Under the pieces are notes generated by a model. The model searched no databases. It saw nothing but the letters and a program-made list of their open reading frames with translations, and had not been told where the DNA came from. A stretch of DNA of 64,000 nucleotides from Christensenellales bacterium (GTDB taxonomy: Bacteria > Bacillota > Clostridia > Christensenellales > Aristaeellaceae), in assembly GCA_040766135.1 (NCBI GenBank), contig JAXGRA010000012.1, forward strand, positions 9,744 to 73,743. The letters are read 5' to 3'. Position 1 is the first letter of the stretch; every line of letters starts with the position of its first letter. The position numbers were made by a program, and so were the translations under genes. Positions 44,611-54,664 of the stretch are shown here, in pieces.

Positions 44611-45934
44611 TTACCGATTAAGCCGCGCTTCGCTCCCACCTTCTTTGGGCAGAATGATTACGGCGCTGCCGCTTTGCGGCTCAAAGGCGATGTGAGTTTC
44701 AAATACATAGATGTTTTTGGCAGGCGATTCACTCAGCGGCACCGCCACCCCGCTGTCCGGCTCCAAGCGGTACACCCTGTTGTTGTCCAATGCATTGGTA
44801 AAATAGACATAGGTGTTATCCGCATTGAGCGCGCCCGCTTTCAGCCCCTCCAGCGCCTGGGGAGAGGTTCCGTCCAGCCCTGCGTGGAAAAGCTGCTGCG
44901 ATGCGTCTGCATAGAACAGGGTTGGCGCGCCCTGAAAGAGCGCCGTTGTATAGGCGGTTACCCGGCCGGGGCTCAGCGGCTCCGCCACCTGTCCGTCCAG
45001 GGGCATGCGGTAGAGACCCGTCATTTTGCCCGGTGAAATAGGCATAGCCGTTATAGGGAAACGCGCTGGCCGCCTGTATCTCCCCTCCGCCCGCATAGGC
45101 CCGCATGCTGCTTTCCTTGCCGTTTGCAAGGGCTGCCCGCTTTAGGAGCCCGTCCTGGATATACAGGACAATCTCATTGGTTACCGACAGGTTGCTGATC
45201 CTTTTCTTCAGCGTCACCAGGGTGTTACGGCCTTTTTGATTGATGGAATCCTGCACAATCCGGGTGACATACTGTTTTTTGGGGGTGGTTTTATGGGTTA
45301 GCGGGGTCGACTTCTGCTTTACCGTTTCCAGATAATGATGAAAATAGTATAGGTCATTTCCCAAGGTGTCCAGACAGTCGTATTCCACCGCACCGTACGA
45401 CCTTTCCGCCTTTCGGAAAGGGTCTGTGGACTGCATCAGATAGCCTTTGCTGTCAACAAAAAACAGGAATCCTTTCCCCATGGCTGCCTTCCCGCCGTTT
45501 GGCGCGTTGGCAACGCCTGTCAGGTCATCTGCGCCTGAGCCAATTACTTGGGCATTGGTGCCGCCTGCTTTCAGCGCGTTTTCGTCAAAGGGCTTGACCG
45601 TCAGGTAGAAGATGCTGGTGGTATGCGCAGGGAAAGCCTTGTCTTCCGCCTTCACCACAAATGAGTAGTTGCCCGCTTTTTGCGGCGTACCATAGATCAG
45701 CCCTTCCTTGTCCATGGTGAGCCCCTGGGGAAAGCTATGGGCTGTATAGTCGCCCGGCTCAAAGGAAAGGGTGATGGGGTTGGAACCGCTGGCCTTGATT
45801 CTTGTGGAATAGTATACGCCCTGCATGGCGTCCGGCAGATGTTTGTCGGATACAAATTCCGGCGCGACATAGGTAAGGCCGGGCAGAGGGAGCACGATCA
45901 GGACAGCAATCAGGATAAGCACCAGTTTTTTCAT
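44611..45934 (-). pseudogene. secreted Ig-like + beta-propeller-like (DUF5050-like) protein, interrupted by a 1-nt frameshift
   Basis: GAGGAGG precedes ATG 45934, with a signal peptide. After ...AFPYNGYAYFTG the 372-aa ORF turns Arg/Gly/Pro-rich. ORF 44611..45129 continues sensibly (KMTGLYRMPLDGQVAEPLS...VYFTNALDNNRVYRLEPDSG). Confidence 0.7.
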
Positions 45935-46127
45935 GGAACAGCCTCCTCTTTGGGGTTTGTGATGTGGCAGTGCAGTATTGTTTCGGGCACAAAGGAATAT
46001 GATGATGTAACCATATAAAATATACCATTTTTGGCTGTTGAATCAACCTACACTTATGGGTAGGTTGGGTGATTTTGAGTAATATTGATGTAAAACAGTA
46101 TCATCTTACGATTTCTCGTAGCATGAA

Positions 46128-46156
46128 TTGACGCTCTCCCGCCTGCATGCTACCAT
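46128..46156 (+). promoter_or_regulatory. candidate promoter of the rpiB-MFS-ABC-GH29 locus
   Basis: TTGACG (46128-46133), 17-nt spacer, TACCAT (46151-46156). Confidence 0.4.
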
Positions 46157-46183
46157 AAAGCATCAATATGCGGGGGGCTTCCT

Positions 46184-46636
46184 GTGAAAATCGCCATTGC
46201 CAATGACCATACCGGGTTGGAGCTAAAGCGTGAGCTTGTCGCGCTGCTGGAGGGACTTGGACATGAGGTGGCCGACTTGGGCACCCAGACGCCGGACAGC
46301 GTGGACTACCCCATCTATGGCGTGCGCGCGGCGCGCGCGGTGGCCAGGGGGGAGTATGACTTGGGCATTGTTATCTGCGGCACCGGCGTGGGCATCGGCA
46401 TGTCCGCCAACAAGGTAAAGGGCATCCGCTGCGCCACATGCTCGGAGCCGTATTCCGCGATGATGGCGCGGCGGCACAACAACGCCAACATGCTGGCCAT
46501 GGGGGCGCGGGTGGTGGGCGTGGAGCTGGCCAAGATGATCGTGCTGGCTTTCCTGCAAAATGAGTTTGAGGGCGGGCGGCACACACGCCGTGTGGAGCAG
46601 ATTGTATCCGTTGAAAACGACGGACAGATCGAATGA
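46184..46636 (+). CDS. rpiB: ribose-5-phosphate isomerase B / LacAB-family sugar-phosphate isomerase
   Basis: GTG start. MKIAIANDHTGLELKRELVALLEGLGHEV...VICGTGVGIGMSANKVKGIRCA...ARRHNNANMLAMGARVVG matches the RpiB pattern. Confidence 0.88.
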   Translation: MKIAIANDHTGLELKRELVALLEGLGHEVADLGTQTPDSVDYPIYGVRAARAVARGEYDLGIVICGTGVGIGMSANKVKGIRCATCSEPYSAMMARRHNNANMLAMGARVVGVELAKMIVLAFLQNEFEGGRHTRRVEQIVSVENDGQIE

Positions 46637-47826
46637 AGCGCACGAATTACCCTTGGGCATACGGGTTGTTTATTGCAGCCTATTATGCCACCAACGCGGT
46701 GTTCCAGGGCTACTTGCCCAAGTATTACCAGTTGATGGGCATGGACGGCATGCGCATGATGACGCTGCTGGCTGCAGCGCCTGCCATCGCCATCGTGGCG
46801 CAGCCTGTTTGGGGCCGCATTGGCGACCGTATGCGCACCCGCAACCAGGCGCTGACGGTGATGATTGTTGCATCCACCGTGTTGATTTTGCTTATCCTTG
46901 TCAACCCAATCTATGCCTGGCTGCTGCTGATCACCTGCCTGTATGCAGCATTTTATACACCGATACAGCCCATGGGCGATTCCATCATATTGGAAAACCT
47001 GGAAAGACAGCGTGCACCCTTTGGCCCTATCCGGCTGTTTGGCAGTTTTTCTTTTGCACTAAATAACCTGCTGGTGGGGCATCTGTTTGAAGGGCGCTTC
47101 CACATCGTGCCATGGGTAACCGCACTGTTCCTTTTGATCATGCTGCTGTCCTCCCGTGTGCTGCCGCCCACCCGCGGGCATCAGCGCGGCAAAACCAAGG
47201 TGCCGCTGCGCGCCATCCTGCGCATTCCATATCTGAAGCCGCTGATGGCGCTGGTCATCGTGCTGCAACTGGGCATGGGCTATTATTACAGCTATTTTGT
47301 GCTGCATTTTACATCGCTGCCCGGCGGCACCTCAGGGTTGGTGGGGCTGGCGTTCTTTATCTCCGCGACGAGCGAGACGCCGTTTTTAATTTTCTCCGAT
47401 CGCCTGTTTCAGCGTTTTGGCACCGGCAAGCTGATGGTCATGTCCGCGCTGCTCATCAGCATCCGCTTTCTGGTGCTGGGGCTATCGCAGAACATCACGC
47501 TGCTGCTCCTCAACCAGATCACGCACGGCGCCGGCTTTATCGTCATCACCGTGACCATGGCCAAGTACATCAGCCTCATGGTGCCTGATGAACTCAAAGC
47601 CGGGGGGCAAATGCTGTTAGCCGTGGTGGGCTACGGCCTGGCGCGCGTGTTCGGCGTGCTGTGCGGCGGATACGTCCAACAAATCACCGGCGGCCCTGCC
47701 GGTGGTTTCCTCGCCATGGGCACGCTGGCCGTGGTGGCCTTTTTGCTGTCTGCGTGGTACTTCCTCCCCCGCCCGCCGCTGAATGGCGAACCGATAGGGA
47801 TGGACAAAGCGAAAATAAAGAGGTAG
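46633..47826 (+). CDS. MFS transporter
   Basis: ATGA overlap with rpiB. About 12 hydrophobic segments. The WGRIGDRMRTR loop is MFS-like. Confidence 0.75.
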   Translation: MKRTNYPWAYGLFIAAYYATNAVFQGYLPKYYQLMGMDGMRMMTLLAAAPAIAIVAQPVWGRIGDRMRTRNQALTVMIVASTVLILLILVNPIYAWLLLITCLYAAFYTPIQPMGDSIILENLERQRAPFGPIRLFGSFSFALNNLLVGHLFEGRFHIVPWVTALFLLIMLLSSRVLPPTRGHQRGKTKVPLRAILRIPYLKPLMALVIVLQLGMGYYYSYFVLHFTSLPGGTSGLVGLAFFISATSETPFLIFSDRLFQRFGTGKLMVMSALLISIRFLVLGLSQNITLLLLNQITHGAGFIVITVTMAKYISLMVPDELKAGGQMLLAVVGYGLARVFGVLCGGYVQQITGGPAGGFLAMGTLAVVAFLLSAWYFLPRPPLNGEPIGMDKAKIKR

Positions 47827-47889
47827 AATAAAAATACGCTGCTGGGCATAATGTCCGATAAAGCATAAAAGTAAAAAGGAGGATCCCCT

Positions 47890-49551
47890 ATGCGCAAGTT
47901 TCTTTCTCTGGTGGCAGTAATCGCCATGTTGGTCGCTGCGCTGAGCGGCGCTGTGGCCGAAACGGCGGAGCGTGAAACCCTTACCTATGGTTCCACCATG
48001 AACATGAACACCGACAAACCCTTCTACCCGACCAAGTTCATCACCTATCTGGAAGACATGATCGATGCCAACATCGAGTTTATCCAGTATGACAACGACA
48101 CATTGAAGCTCACCCTGGCCAGCGGCGACATGCCCGACCTGATGATGGTCAACACCGCCAGCAATATCTTAGACGGCAGGCTGGCTGTGGCCATGGATGA
48201 CTATCTGGAAGAATATGGCCCCAACATCCTGAAGTTTGAAAAGCGTAACGCTGTCATGCGCGAGCTGGTCTCCGGCGGGGATGGCAAGCTGTATTTCCAC
48301 ACCCCCAATACTGGCCCCGAAGCGTTGACCGGCAGCACCACCACCTGGAACGGCTACTTGGTACGCTGGGATCTGTACAAGCAACTGGGCGCACCCGCCA
48401 TCAACAGCGATGATGAGTATATTGATGTACTCAAAAAGATGGTAGAGATTGCTCCCAAGCCCGCCAATGGCGCGCCGGTGTACGGCATGGGTCTGCATGG
48501 CTCCCAGCAGTGGGCATGGAATATCCGCGCTATGGCCAATGAGGGCTATTCCAACTCCACCACTTGGGCGTATGCCATCAGCACCACCACCACCGAGGTT
48601 ATGCAGAACTACATGGATCTAAACTCCCCATTCTGGAGCAACATGCGCTTCTATTTCAAGCTTAACCAGGAAGGGCTGCTGGATCCGGACAGCTACACCA
48701 TGAACGGTGACCAGGTACAGGAAAAAGCCGCCAACGGCCAGTACGTAGGCAGCTATTGCACATGGTACACCAGCGACCTGTACAACACCGCGCGCCTGGC
48801 CGACCCTGACACGCTGACAGGTATGATCGCCGTATACGGCGAGGGTATGAGCGGCTGGTACGGTTCCAACCACACCGTGGGCTGGGGCGACAAGCTGACG
48901 TTCATCACCACCAGTTGCAAAAATATCCCGCTGGCGGTCAAGTTCCTCAACGCTATGGACTCTGATGAGCTCAACCGTGTCCACTATTCCGGCATCCAAG
49001 GTGAAGAATGGGATTATGTAGACGGCGTACCCACACTCTTCCCCGAAACCGTCGCCCTGCGCGCTACCGGCGGTGAGGAGTGGCAGCACCTGGGGATTGG
49101 CAGCTTCAGCAACACCATTGGCGCATCGGAATTTGGCACGGCTGAAGATGGTGGATTCTACTCCCTGTGGGACGACCCGGACCTGAAGTATTCTGGCCTC
49201 AACCCGCTGGAGAAGGACTATGCCGACTTCTACGGTGTCAAATACCCCGCGCAGGTGCACTTCGACATGGTCCAGGCCGGCAAAGCCATCAACCAGGCCG
49301 GCAACCAGACGCAGGCCGTGCAGTTGGGCCTGTCCGTGCGCCCGGATAACATCATCCGCATTGACTCCCGCATGGAGGAGATTGTCAACCGCACCATCCC
49401 CACGCTGGTCAGCGCCGCTGATCAGGCTGCCTTTGACGCTGCGCAAGCCAGCCTGCTGGATGAGCTTAAGGCTGCCGGCGCAGAGGAATCCTGGGCCTGG
49501 TGGAACGAAAACTGGAACGGCACCCTGGAAAAAATCCAGAACATCCAATAA
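47890..49551 (+). CDS. large extracellular solute-binding protein (LplA-like, carbohydrate ABC system)
   Basis: AAAGGAGG RBS. Signal MRKFLSLVAVIAMLVAALSGAVA. ~550 aa, followed by two sugar-type permease genes. Confidence 0.8.
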   Translation: MRKFLSLVAVIAMLVAALSGAVAETAERETLTYGSTMNMNTDKPFYPTKFITYLEDMIDANIEFIQYDNDTLKLTLASGDMPDLMMVNTASNILDGRLAVAMDDYLEEYGPNILKFEKRNAVMRELVSGGDGKLYFHTPNTGPEALTGSTTTWNGYLVRWDLYKQLGAPAINSDDEYIDVLKKMVEIAPKPANGAPVYGMGLHGSQQWAWNIRAMANEGYSNSTTWAYAISTTTTEVMQNYMDLNSPFWSNMRFYFKLNQEGLLDPDSYTMNGDQVQEKAANGQYVGSYCTWYTSDLYNTARLADPDTLTGMIAVYGEGMSGWYGSNHTVGWGDKLTFITTSCKNIPLAVKFLNAMDSDELNRVHYSGIQGEEWDYVDGVPTLFPETVALRATGGEEWQHLGIGSFSNTIGASEFGTAEDGGFYSLWDDPDLKYSGLNPLEKDYADFYGVKYPAQVHFDMVQAGKAINQAGNQTQAVQLGLSVRPDNIIRIDSRMEEIVNRTIPTLVSAADQAAFDAAQASLLDELKAAGAEESWAWWNENWNGTLEKIQNIQ

Positions 49552-49569
49552 CAACAGCTTCATTCTATG

Positions 49570-49605
49570 CCCGCCCGCAACAGCCTCGGCCTTTGCGGGC
49601 GGGCA
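49570..49605 (+). terminator. intra-operon stem-loop after the SBP gene
   Basis: GCCCGCCCGCAA-loop-TTGCGGGCGGGC (12-bp perfect stem) with a weak U tract. Likely an attenuating or stabilising hairpin. Confidence 0.45.
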
Positions 49606-49649
49606 CTTTCACAGATGCATCGACATCGTTCCATAAATGAGGTGATTCC

Positions 49650-50573
49650 ATGAGCACAGTAAACCCTAACATCCAGTTTAAGCCGCGCAAAAAGAAATAT
49701 CAGTTGCTGCTGATGGCCGCGCCCTTCCTGCTGCTGGTATTGATGTTTAACTATGTGCCGCTGTTTGGCTGGTCTTTTTCCTTGTTCAACTATCGGCCCG
49801 GCGTTCCCCTGTTGGAAAGCAAATTCGTTGGGCTCAAGTATTTCCAGATGTTCCTGACCGACAAGTACGACATGTACCGCGTGATGAAGAACACCGTCAT
49901 CTTCGCGCTGATTGGATATCTGGTCTCCCCGCTGCCGATGATCTTTGCCATCATGCTCAATGAAGTAAAGCACGTACGGTACCAAAAAGCGGTACAGACC
50001 ATCTCCACCATGCCTAACTTTGTCAGCTGGGTCATCGTGTACTCCTTGATGTTTACAATTTTCTCCACCGATGGCGTATTCAACGAAGTCATGATGCGCC
50101 TGGGGATTATCTCATCACCCACCAATGTGCTGGCAGACAAGAATGCGGTGTACTGGTTCCAGACGCTGCTAGGACAATGGAAAAACTTAGGCTGGTCGTC
50201 CATCATCTACCTGGCCGCCATTGCAGGCATTGACCAGGAAATGTACGAAGCCGCCAACATTGACGGCGCCAACCGGTTCCAGTCCATCATCCATATTACG
50301 GTGCCCAGCCTGATGCCTACCTTCATCGTGCTGCTGCTGTTATCCATCGGCAATTTCGTCAACGTAGGCTTTGACCAATACTTTGTGTTCAAAAACAACG
50401 TGACCGCCGCCAACATCGAGGTGCTGGATTTGTATGTGTACCGCATCGGCTTGATGAACAGCGACTACTCCTATGGTGTGGCCATTGGCATTATGAAATC
50501 CTTTGTGTCCATCGCATTGCTGGTCATCGCCAACACCCTGTCCAAAAAGGTGCGCGGCACCTCGATCGTGTAA
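49650..50573 (+). CDS. carbohydrate ABC transporter permease (LplB-like)
   Basis: GAGGTGA RBS. 6 TM. The EAA-type loop YEAANIDGANRFQSIIHITVP is typical of binding-protein-dependent permeases. Confidence 0.88.
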   Translation: MSTVNPNIQFKPRKKKYQLLLMAAPFLLLVLMFNYVPLFGWSFSLFNYRPGVPLLESKFVGLKYFQMFLTDKYDMYRVMKNTVIFALIGYLVSPLPMIFAIMLNEVKHVRYQKAVQTISTMPNFVSWVIVYSLMFTIFSTDGVFNEVMMRLGIISSPTNVLADKNAVYWFQTLLGQWKNLGWSSIIYLAAIAGIDQEMYEAANIDGANRFQSIIHITVPSLMPTFIVLLLLSIGNFVNVGFDQYFVFKNNVTAANIEVLDLYVYRIGLMNSDYSYGVAIGIMKSFVSIALLVIANTLSKKVRGTSIV

Positions 50574-50585
50574 GGAGGCGATATC

Positions 50586-51485
50586 ATGATTCACAAGAAA
50601 ACGCCCGGCGCGATTGCGGCAGATGTAATAATCTATATTCTACTGGGATTTTTCGCGCTGCTTTGCCTGTATCCGTTCTGGTACCTGGTGATCTATACAT
50701 TCTCCGACCCTGGCGAGGCCTTGAAGGGCGTTTCGTTCTGGTTTCGCGGGTTCAGCCTGTACAACGTGGAGCAAGTGCTGCGCTTGCAAGGCATCGACCG
50801 TGCACTGTTGAACAGCGTGCTGCGCACGGTGCTGGGCACCGGCATCACGGTGTTTTCCTGCACCTTCCTGGGGTACCTGTTTACCAAGGATGAAATGCCT
50901 GCCCGCAGTTTTTTCTATCGTGCGGTAATTATCACCATGTATGTATCCGGCGGCCTTATCCCGACCTACCTCATTTACCGTATGTACGGGCTGACCAACA
51001 ATTTCCTGGTGTATATACTGCCCAGCGCTGTGTCGGCGTACAACATGATTCTGGTCAAAACATTCATTGAGCAGTTGCCCGCCGCACTGGAGGAGGCCGC
51101 TATGATCGACGGTGCATCCTACATGCGGGTATTCTTCCAAGTTATCTTCCCGCTGAGCATCCCGATCGTGGCCACCATCGCCATCTTTGCTGCGGTGGGG
51201 CAATGGAACAGCTGGTTTGACAACCACATCTACAACACCAACAGCGCCCATTTGATGACGCTGCAATATCAGCTGTACAAGTTCCTGAACGAGGCCCAGC
51301 GTCTGGCAGAGCTGCTAAAGCAGGGCAACATCAAGGACGTAGAAGCCGCTGTCACCCAACAGCTGACGCCCAAGGGCGTGCGGGTAACCGTCACGCTGTT
51401 TGCGGCGGTGCCTATCTTCCTGGTGTATCCGTTTATGCAGCGGTACTTCATCAAGGGCATCATGATTGGTGCCGTGAAAGGCTAA
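50586..51485 (+). CDS. carbohydrate ABC transporter permease (LplC-like)
   Basis: AAGGAGG RBS. 6 TM. EAA loop EEAAMIDGASYMRVFFQVIFP. Confidence 0.88.
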   Translation: MIHKKTPGAIAADVIIYILLGFFALLCLYPFWYLVIYTFSDPGEALKGVSFWFRGFSLYNVEQVLRLQGIDRALLNSVLRTVLGTGITVFSCTFLGYLFTKDEMPARSFFYRAVIITMYVSGGLIPTYLIYRMYGLTNNFLVYILPSAVSAYNMILVKTFIEQLPAALEEAAMIDGASYMRVFFQVIFPLSIPIVATIAIFAAVGQWNSWFDNHIYNTNSAHLMTLQYQLYKFLNEAQRLAELLKQGNIKDVEAAVTQQLTPKGVRVTVTLFAAVPIFLVYPFMQRYFIKGIMIGAVKG

Positions 51486-51488
51486 ACA

Positions 51489-54400
51489 ATGGACGAAAGC
51501 ATCTTCCTGGCGCGGCCTACCAAGGCGCAGCTGGCCTGGCAGGACATGGAGCTGGGCCTGTTTATCCACTGGTTTCCTACAGGTTGGTACCACGAGATAG
51601 ACGAAAACCGCTTGCAAGACCAAGGCTATCAGAAAGAGCTGCTTGCACGCGTGACCTGTGAGGAGTTAGACACCGACCAGTGGGCGCAAAGCGCGCTGGA
51701 CATGGGTGCTAAGTACATTGTGTTTGTGGCCAAGCATGGCCTGGGATTGTGCCTGTGGCAGAGCGATGTGGGCGACTTTAACATGAAGAACGCACCATAC
51801 CGCAACGGCCAGGGCGACCCAGTGGCCATGCTGGCCGCATCCTGCCGCAAGTATGGTTTAAAACTCGGATTATACTTGCAGGCCTCCACCTTTACACACG
51901 GGGCCGCCACCGGCGGCCTGCTGCCCACGCGGGAGGAGCAAAAGACGTATAACCAGATATACCGCGCCTGGCTGACAGAGCTGTTGTCCTGCTATGGCGA
52001 GGTCGTTGAAATATGGTTTGACGGCTCGCTGCAAATAGAGGTGGGCGATATCCTTCAAAAATACGCGCCGGACGCCATGGTGTTCCAAAGTAAGTATGCC
52101 ACCATCCGCTGGGTGGGACAGGAACAAGGATACGCCTCCGATCCTGCATGGAACAGCGTCAAGCGATATGATGCTCTCAGCGGGGTGGCCACGCAGCGAC
52201 ATGGTAACCCTGACGGCGAATGCTGGATGCCGCTGGAGTGCGACGCCCGCATCCGCGCTGACTGGGGCTGGCACGATGACCTGGCCTCCAATCCGCTGAA
52301 ATCTGTGGATGAGTTGATGGACATGTACTATCACTCCGTCGGACACGGCGCTGTGCTGCTGCTCAACCAGGCTCCCAACCCGGCAGGCCGCATCATTGAC
52401 GAAGATATGGCGCGCATGAAGGAATTCGGCAACGAAATCCGCCGCCGCTTTGGGCAACCGCTGGCCGTTACGCAAGGCGAAGGCACGGAACTGAACCTTA
52501 ACCTGGATGCCGCACAGCTGGTTGACCACATCGTTCTGATGGAAGACATCCGCTATGGGGAGCGCATCCGTGCCTATGTGGTGGAAGGCTTTGACGGGCA
52601 TAAGTGGCGCAGGTTATGCGCAGGCTCAGCCATTGGGCACAAGAAAATTGATTACTTCCCCGCGCAGACGGTTTGCAGCCTGCGCCTGAGGGTGTTGCAC
52701 CATGTGGGCGTACCCAAGGTGCGCAGCATGGCCGCCCATTATGTGGGTACCATCCCGCAAAAACGCAGCGATACCATACACGCCGCGCACGTTATCGGCG
52801 GATGGGGCACGGAGATGTATGACCTGAACACGTTTACCGCACACTTTAGCTACCAAATCGCGCCCTATGTGGACGATGCCGGGCAGTATCGTGTGCAGTT
52901 TGTGCCCGACAGCGCCAGCCGTACACCGCTAACGCTGGAGGACGCTTGGGTTGAAATCGACGGCGTGCGCATGCCGGACTATGTGCGCCCGGGCCAGGAA
53001 CCGCTGACCTATGGGTATATATGGGCGGTACAGGCCAGGACATTACCTTCCATGCCGTCAGTCGATATACCAAAACACCCTTCCTGCGCGGCGAAGCGAT
53101 CATTCAACGGATGGAGTAGTATGCACAACATTGTTAACATCATCAATTTTGTCCGCGGCGCCGAGCCGCGCGACCGCACCATCGACCTGGTAGAGCCTGT
53201 ACGCGAGCAGATCGCCCTGATGCAGCGGCATCATCTGCCCGGCACCTTTCTGGTGCAGTATGATGCCATGATGCGCGCCGACCTGATGGCGTTGCTAACG
53301 CCGCTGGATCCGGAGCAATTCGAGATAGGCCTTTGGCTGGAAATGAACGAGCCGCACACCGATGCCGCCGGGCTGCCCTGGCGCGGCCGCCCCGGCTATG
53401 AATGGGACTGGCATGCCCATGTGGGCTTTTCAGTAGGATATACCCCCAAGGAGCGCGAGAAGCTGGTGGATGTCGCCATCGAAAAATTCCGCCAAGTGTT
53501 TGGCCGCCTGCCGCAATCAGTAGGCGCGTGGATGCTGGACGCGCACACCCTGGCCTACCTGCACGACAAGCATCGCATCATAGCCAGCTGCAACTGCAAA
53601 GACCAATGGGGCACCGATGGCTATACCATCTGGGGCGGTTACTGGAACCAGGGCTACTATCCCTCGCGCTGCAATGCGCTGTGCCCGGCACAGGATAGTG
53701 AGCAGCAAATTAACCTGCCCATTTTCCGCATGCTGGGCAGCGATCCGGTATCGCAGTATGACCTGGGCCTCAGCGTTGAACACGGCGCTACCCCGGTGCA
53801 AAAAGTAGAATCACTGGAACCCGTCTATACCAACGCAGGGGCCGATCCTATTTGGATTGACTGGTTTTTTGAGCAAAGCTTCGGCAACGAATCGCTGGCC
53901 TTTGCCTATGCCCAGGTAGGGCAGGAAAACAGCTTTGGCTGGCCTGCCATGCAAAAGGGGCTCGCCTATCAGATGGAACTGCTGGCCGCCCATCGCGGTC
54001 AATGGCGCATTGAACGCCTAGCCGACACCGGCCACTGGTACCGTGAAAACTTCCCGGTGACGCCTGCCACCGCCGTGTGCGCGCTGGCCCCCTACAAAAC
54101 GCGGGACAAGCAATCCATCTGGTACAACTGCAAAAACTACCGTGTCAATGTATATGCCGATGAGCACGGCCTGCGGCTGCGCGACCTGTTCCTGTTTGAT
54201 GACAGGATTGCTGAACGATACTTGGAAACACCCTGCATCACGGAATATCTGGTGTATGAAAACCTGCCCATCATTGACGGCAACCGCATGAGCGGCAACG
54301 GCATACGCGCAGGCGGATATATCCGGCACGCCGATGATACCCCCGCCCGCCTGGCCGTCAATGCCATTTCAGCACAGCAAAGCACGCTAAGTGTCCAGTT

Positions 54401-54641
54401 AGAGGGCGGCACCCTGCAGGCCAATGAACAAAGCGTCACGCTTACAGGCGATTTTGAGTTGTCCATTCGCTGGCTGCCTGAGCGCACCGCTTTTACGGGA
54501 TTAAAAGATGATTGCATCCTATTTGCATATCATGGACATCCTTATGCACTGCGCATAGTCGGACACATTCGAGCCACCGATACTGGTATCAACATCACAC
54601 CGCACAATGGGCGCATTGTGTTGATGCCGGAGCGAGTATAA
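51489..54641 (+). CDS. GH29 alpha-L-fucosidase read through into a ~506-aa protein of unknown function. This is one ORF as sequenced, but probably two genes joined by a frameshift near 53013-53016.
   Basis: N-terminus: QLAWQDMELGLFIHWF...AKYIVFVAKHGLGLCLWQS...YRNGQGDPVAMLAASCRKYGLKLGLY (GH29). An out-of-frame natural end ...LRGEAIIQRME* (TAG 53117-53119) lies 1 nt before ATG 53121 (MHNIVNIINFVRGAEPRD...). Confidence 0.75.
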   Translation: MDESIFLARPTKAQLAWQDMELGLFIHWFPTGWYHEIDENRLQDQGYQKELLARVTCEELDTDQWAQSALDMGAKYIVFVAKHGLGLCLWQSDVGDFNMKNAPYRNGQGDPVAMLAASCRKYGLKLGLYLQASTFTHGAATGGLLPTREEQKTYNQIYRAWLTELLSCYGEVVEIWFDGSLQIEVGDILQKYAPDAMVFQSKYATIRWVGQEQGYASDPAWNSVKRYDALSGVATQRHGNPDGECWMPLECDARIRADWGWHDDLASNPLKSVDELMDMYYHSVGHGAVLLLNQAPNPAGRIIDEDMARMKEFGNEIRRRFGQPLAVTQGEGTELNLNLDAAQLVDHIVLMEDIRYGERIRAYVVEGFDGHKWRRLCAGSAIGHKKIDYFPAQTVCSLRLRVLHHVGVPKVRSMAAHYVGTIPQKRSDTIHAAHVIGGWGTEMYDLNTFTAHFSYQIAPYVDDAGQYRVQFVPDSASRTPLTLEDAWVEIDGVRMPDYVRPGQEPLTYGYIWAVQARTLPSMPSVDIPKHPSCAAKRSFNGWSSMHNIVNIINFVRGAEPRDRTIDLVEPVREQIALMQRHHLPGTFLVQYDAMMRADLMALLTPLDPEQFEIGLWLEMNEPHTDAAGLPWRGRPGYEWDWHAHVGFSVGYTPKEREKLVDVAIEKFRQVFGRLPQSVGAWMLDAHTLAYLHDKHRIIASCNCKDQWGTDGYTIWGGYWNQGYYPSRCNALCPAQDSEQQINLPIFRMLGSDPVSQYDLGLSVEHGATPVQKVESLEPVYTNAGADPIWIDWFFEQSFGNESLAFAYAQVGQENSFGWPAMQKGLAYQMELLAAHRGQWRIERLADTGHWYRENFPVTPATAVCALAPYKTRDKQSIWYNCKNYRVNVYADEHGLRLRDLFLFDDRIAERYLETPCITEYLVYENLPIIDGNRMSGNGIRAGGYIRHADDTPARLAVNAISAQQSTLSVQLEGGTLQANEQSVTLTGDFELSIRWLPERTAFTGLKDDCILFAYHGHPYALRIVGHIRATDTGINITPHNGRIVLMPERV

Positions 54642-54664
54642 ATCGGATAGATCATGCCTGATAC

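Noticed and set aside
46046-46105. Hairpin CAACCTAC-N8-GTAGGTTG and the motif TGATGTAAAACAGTATCATC, considered as a third copy of the intergenic element.
   Set aside because: Only the first ~20 nt resemble the element. The long palindrome and the conserved blocks are absent.
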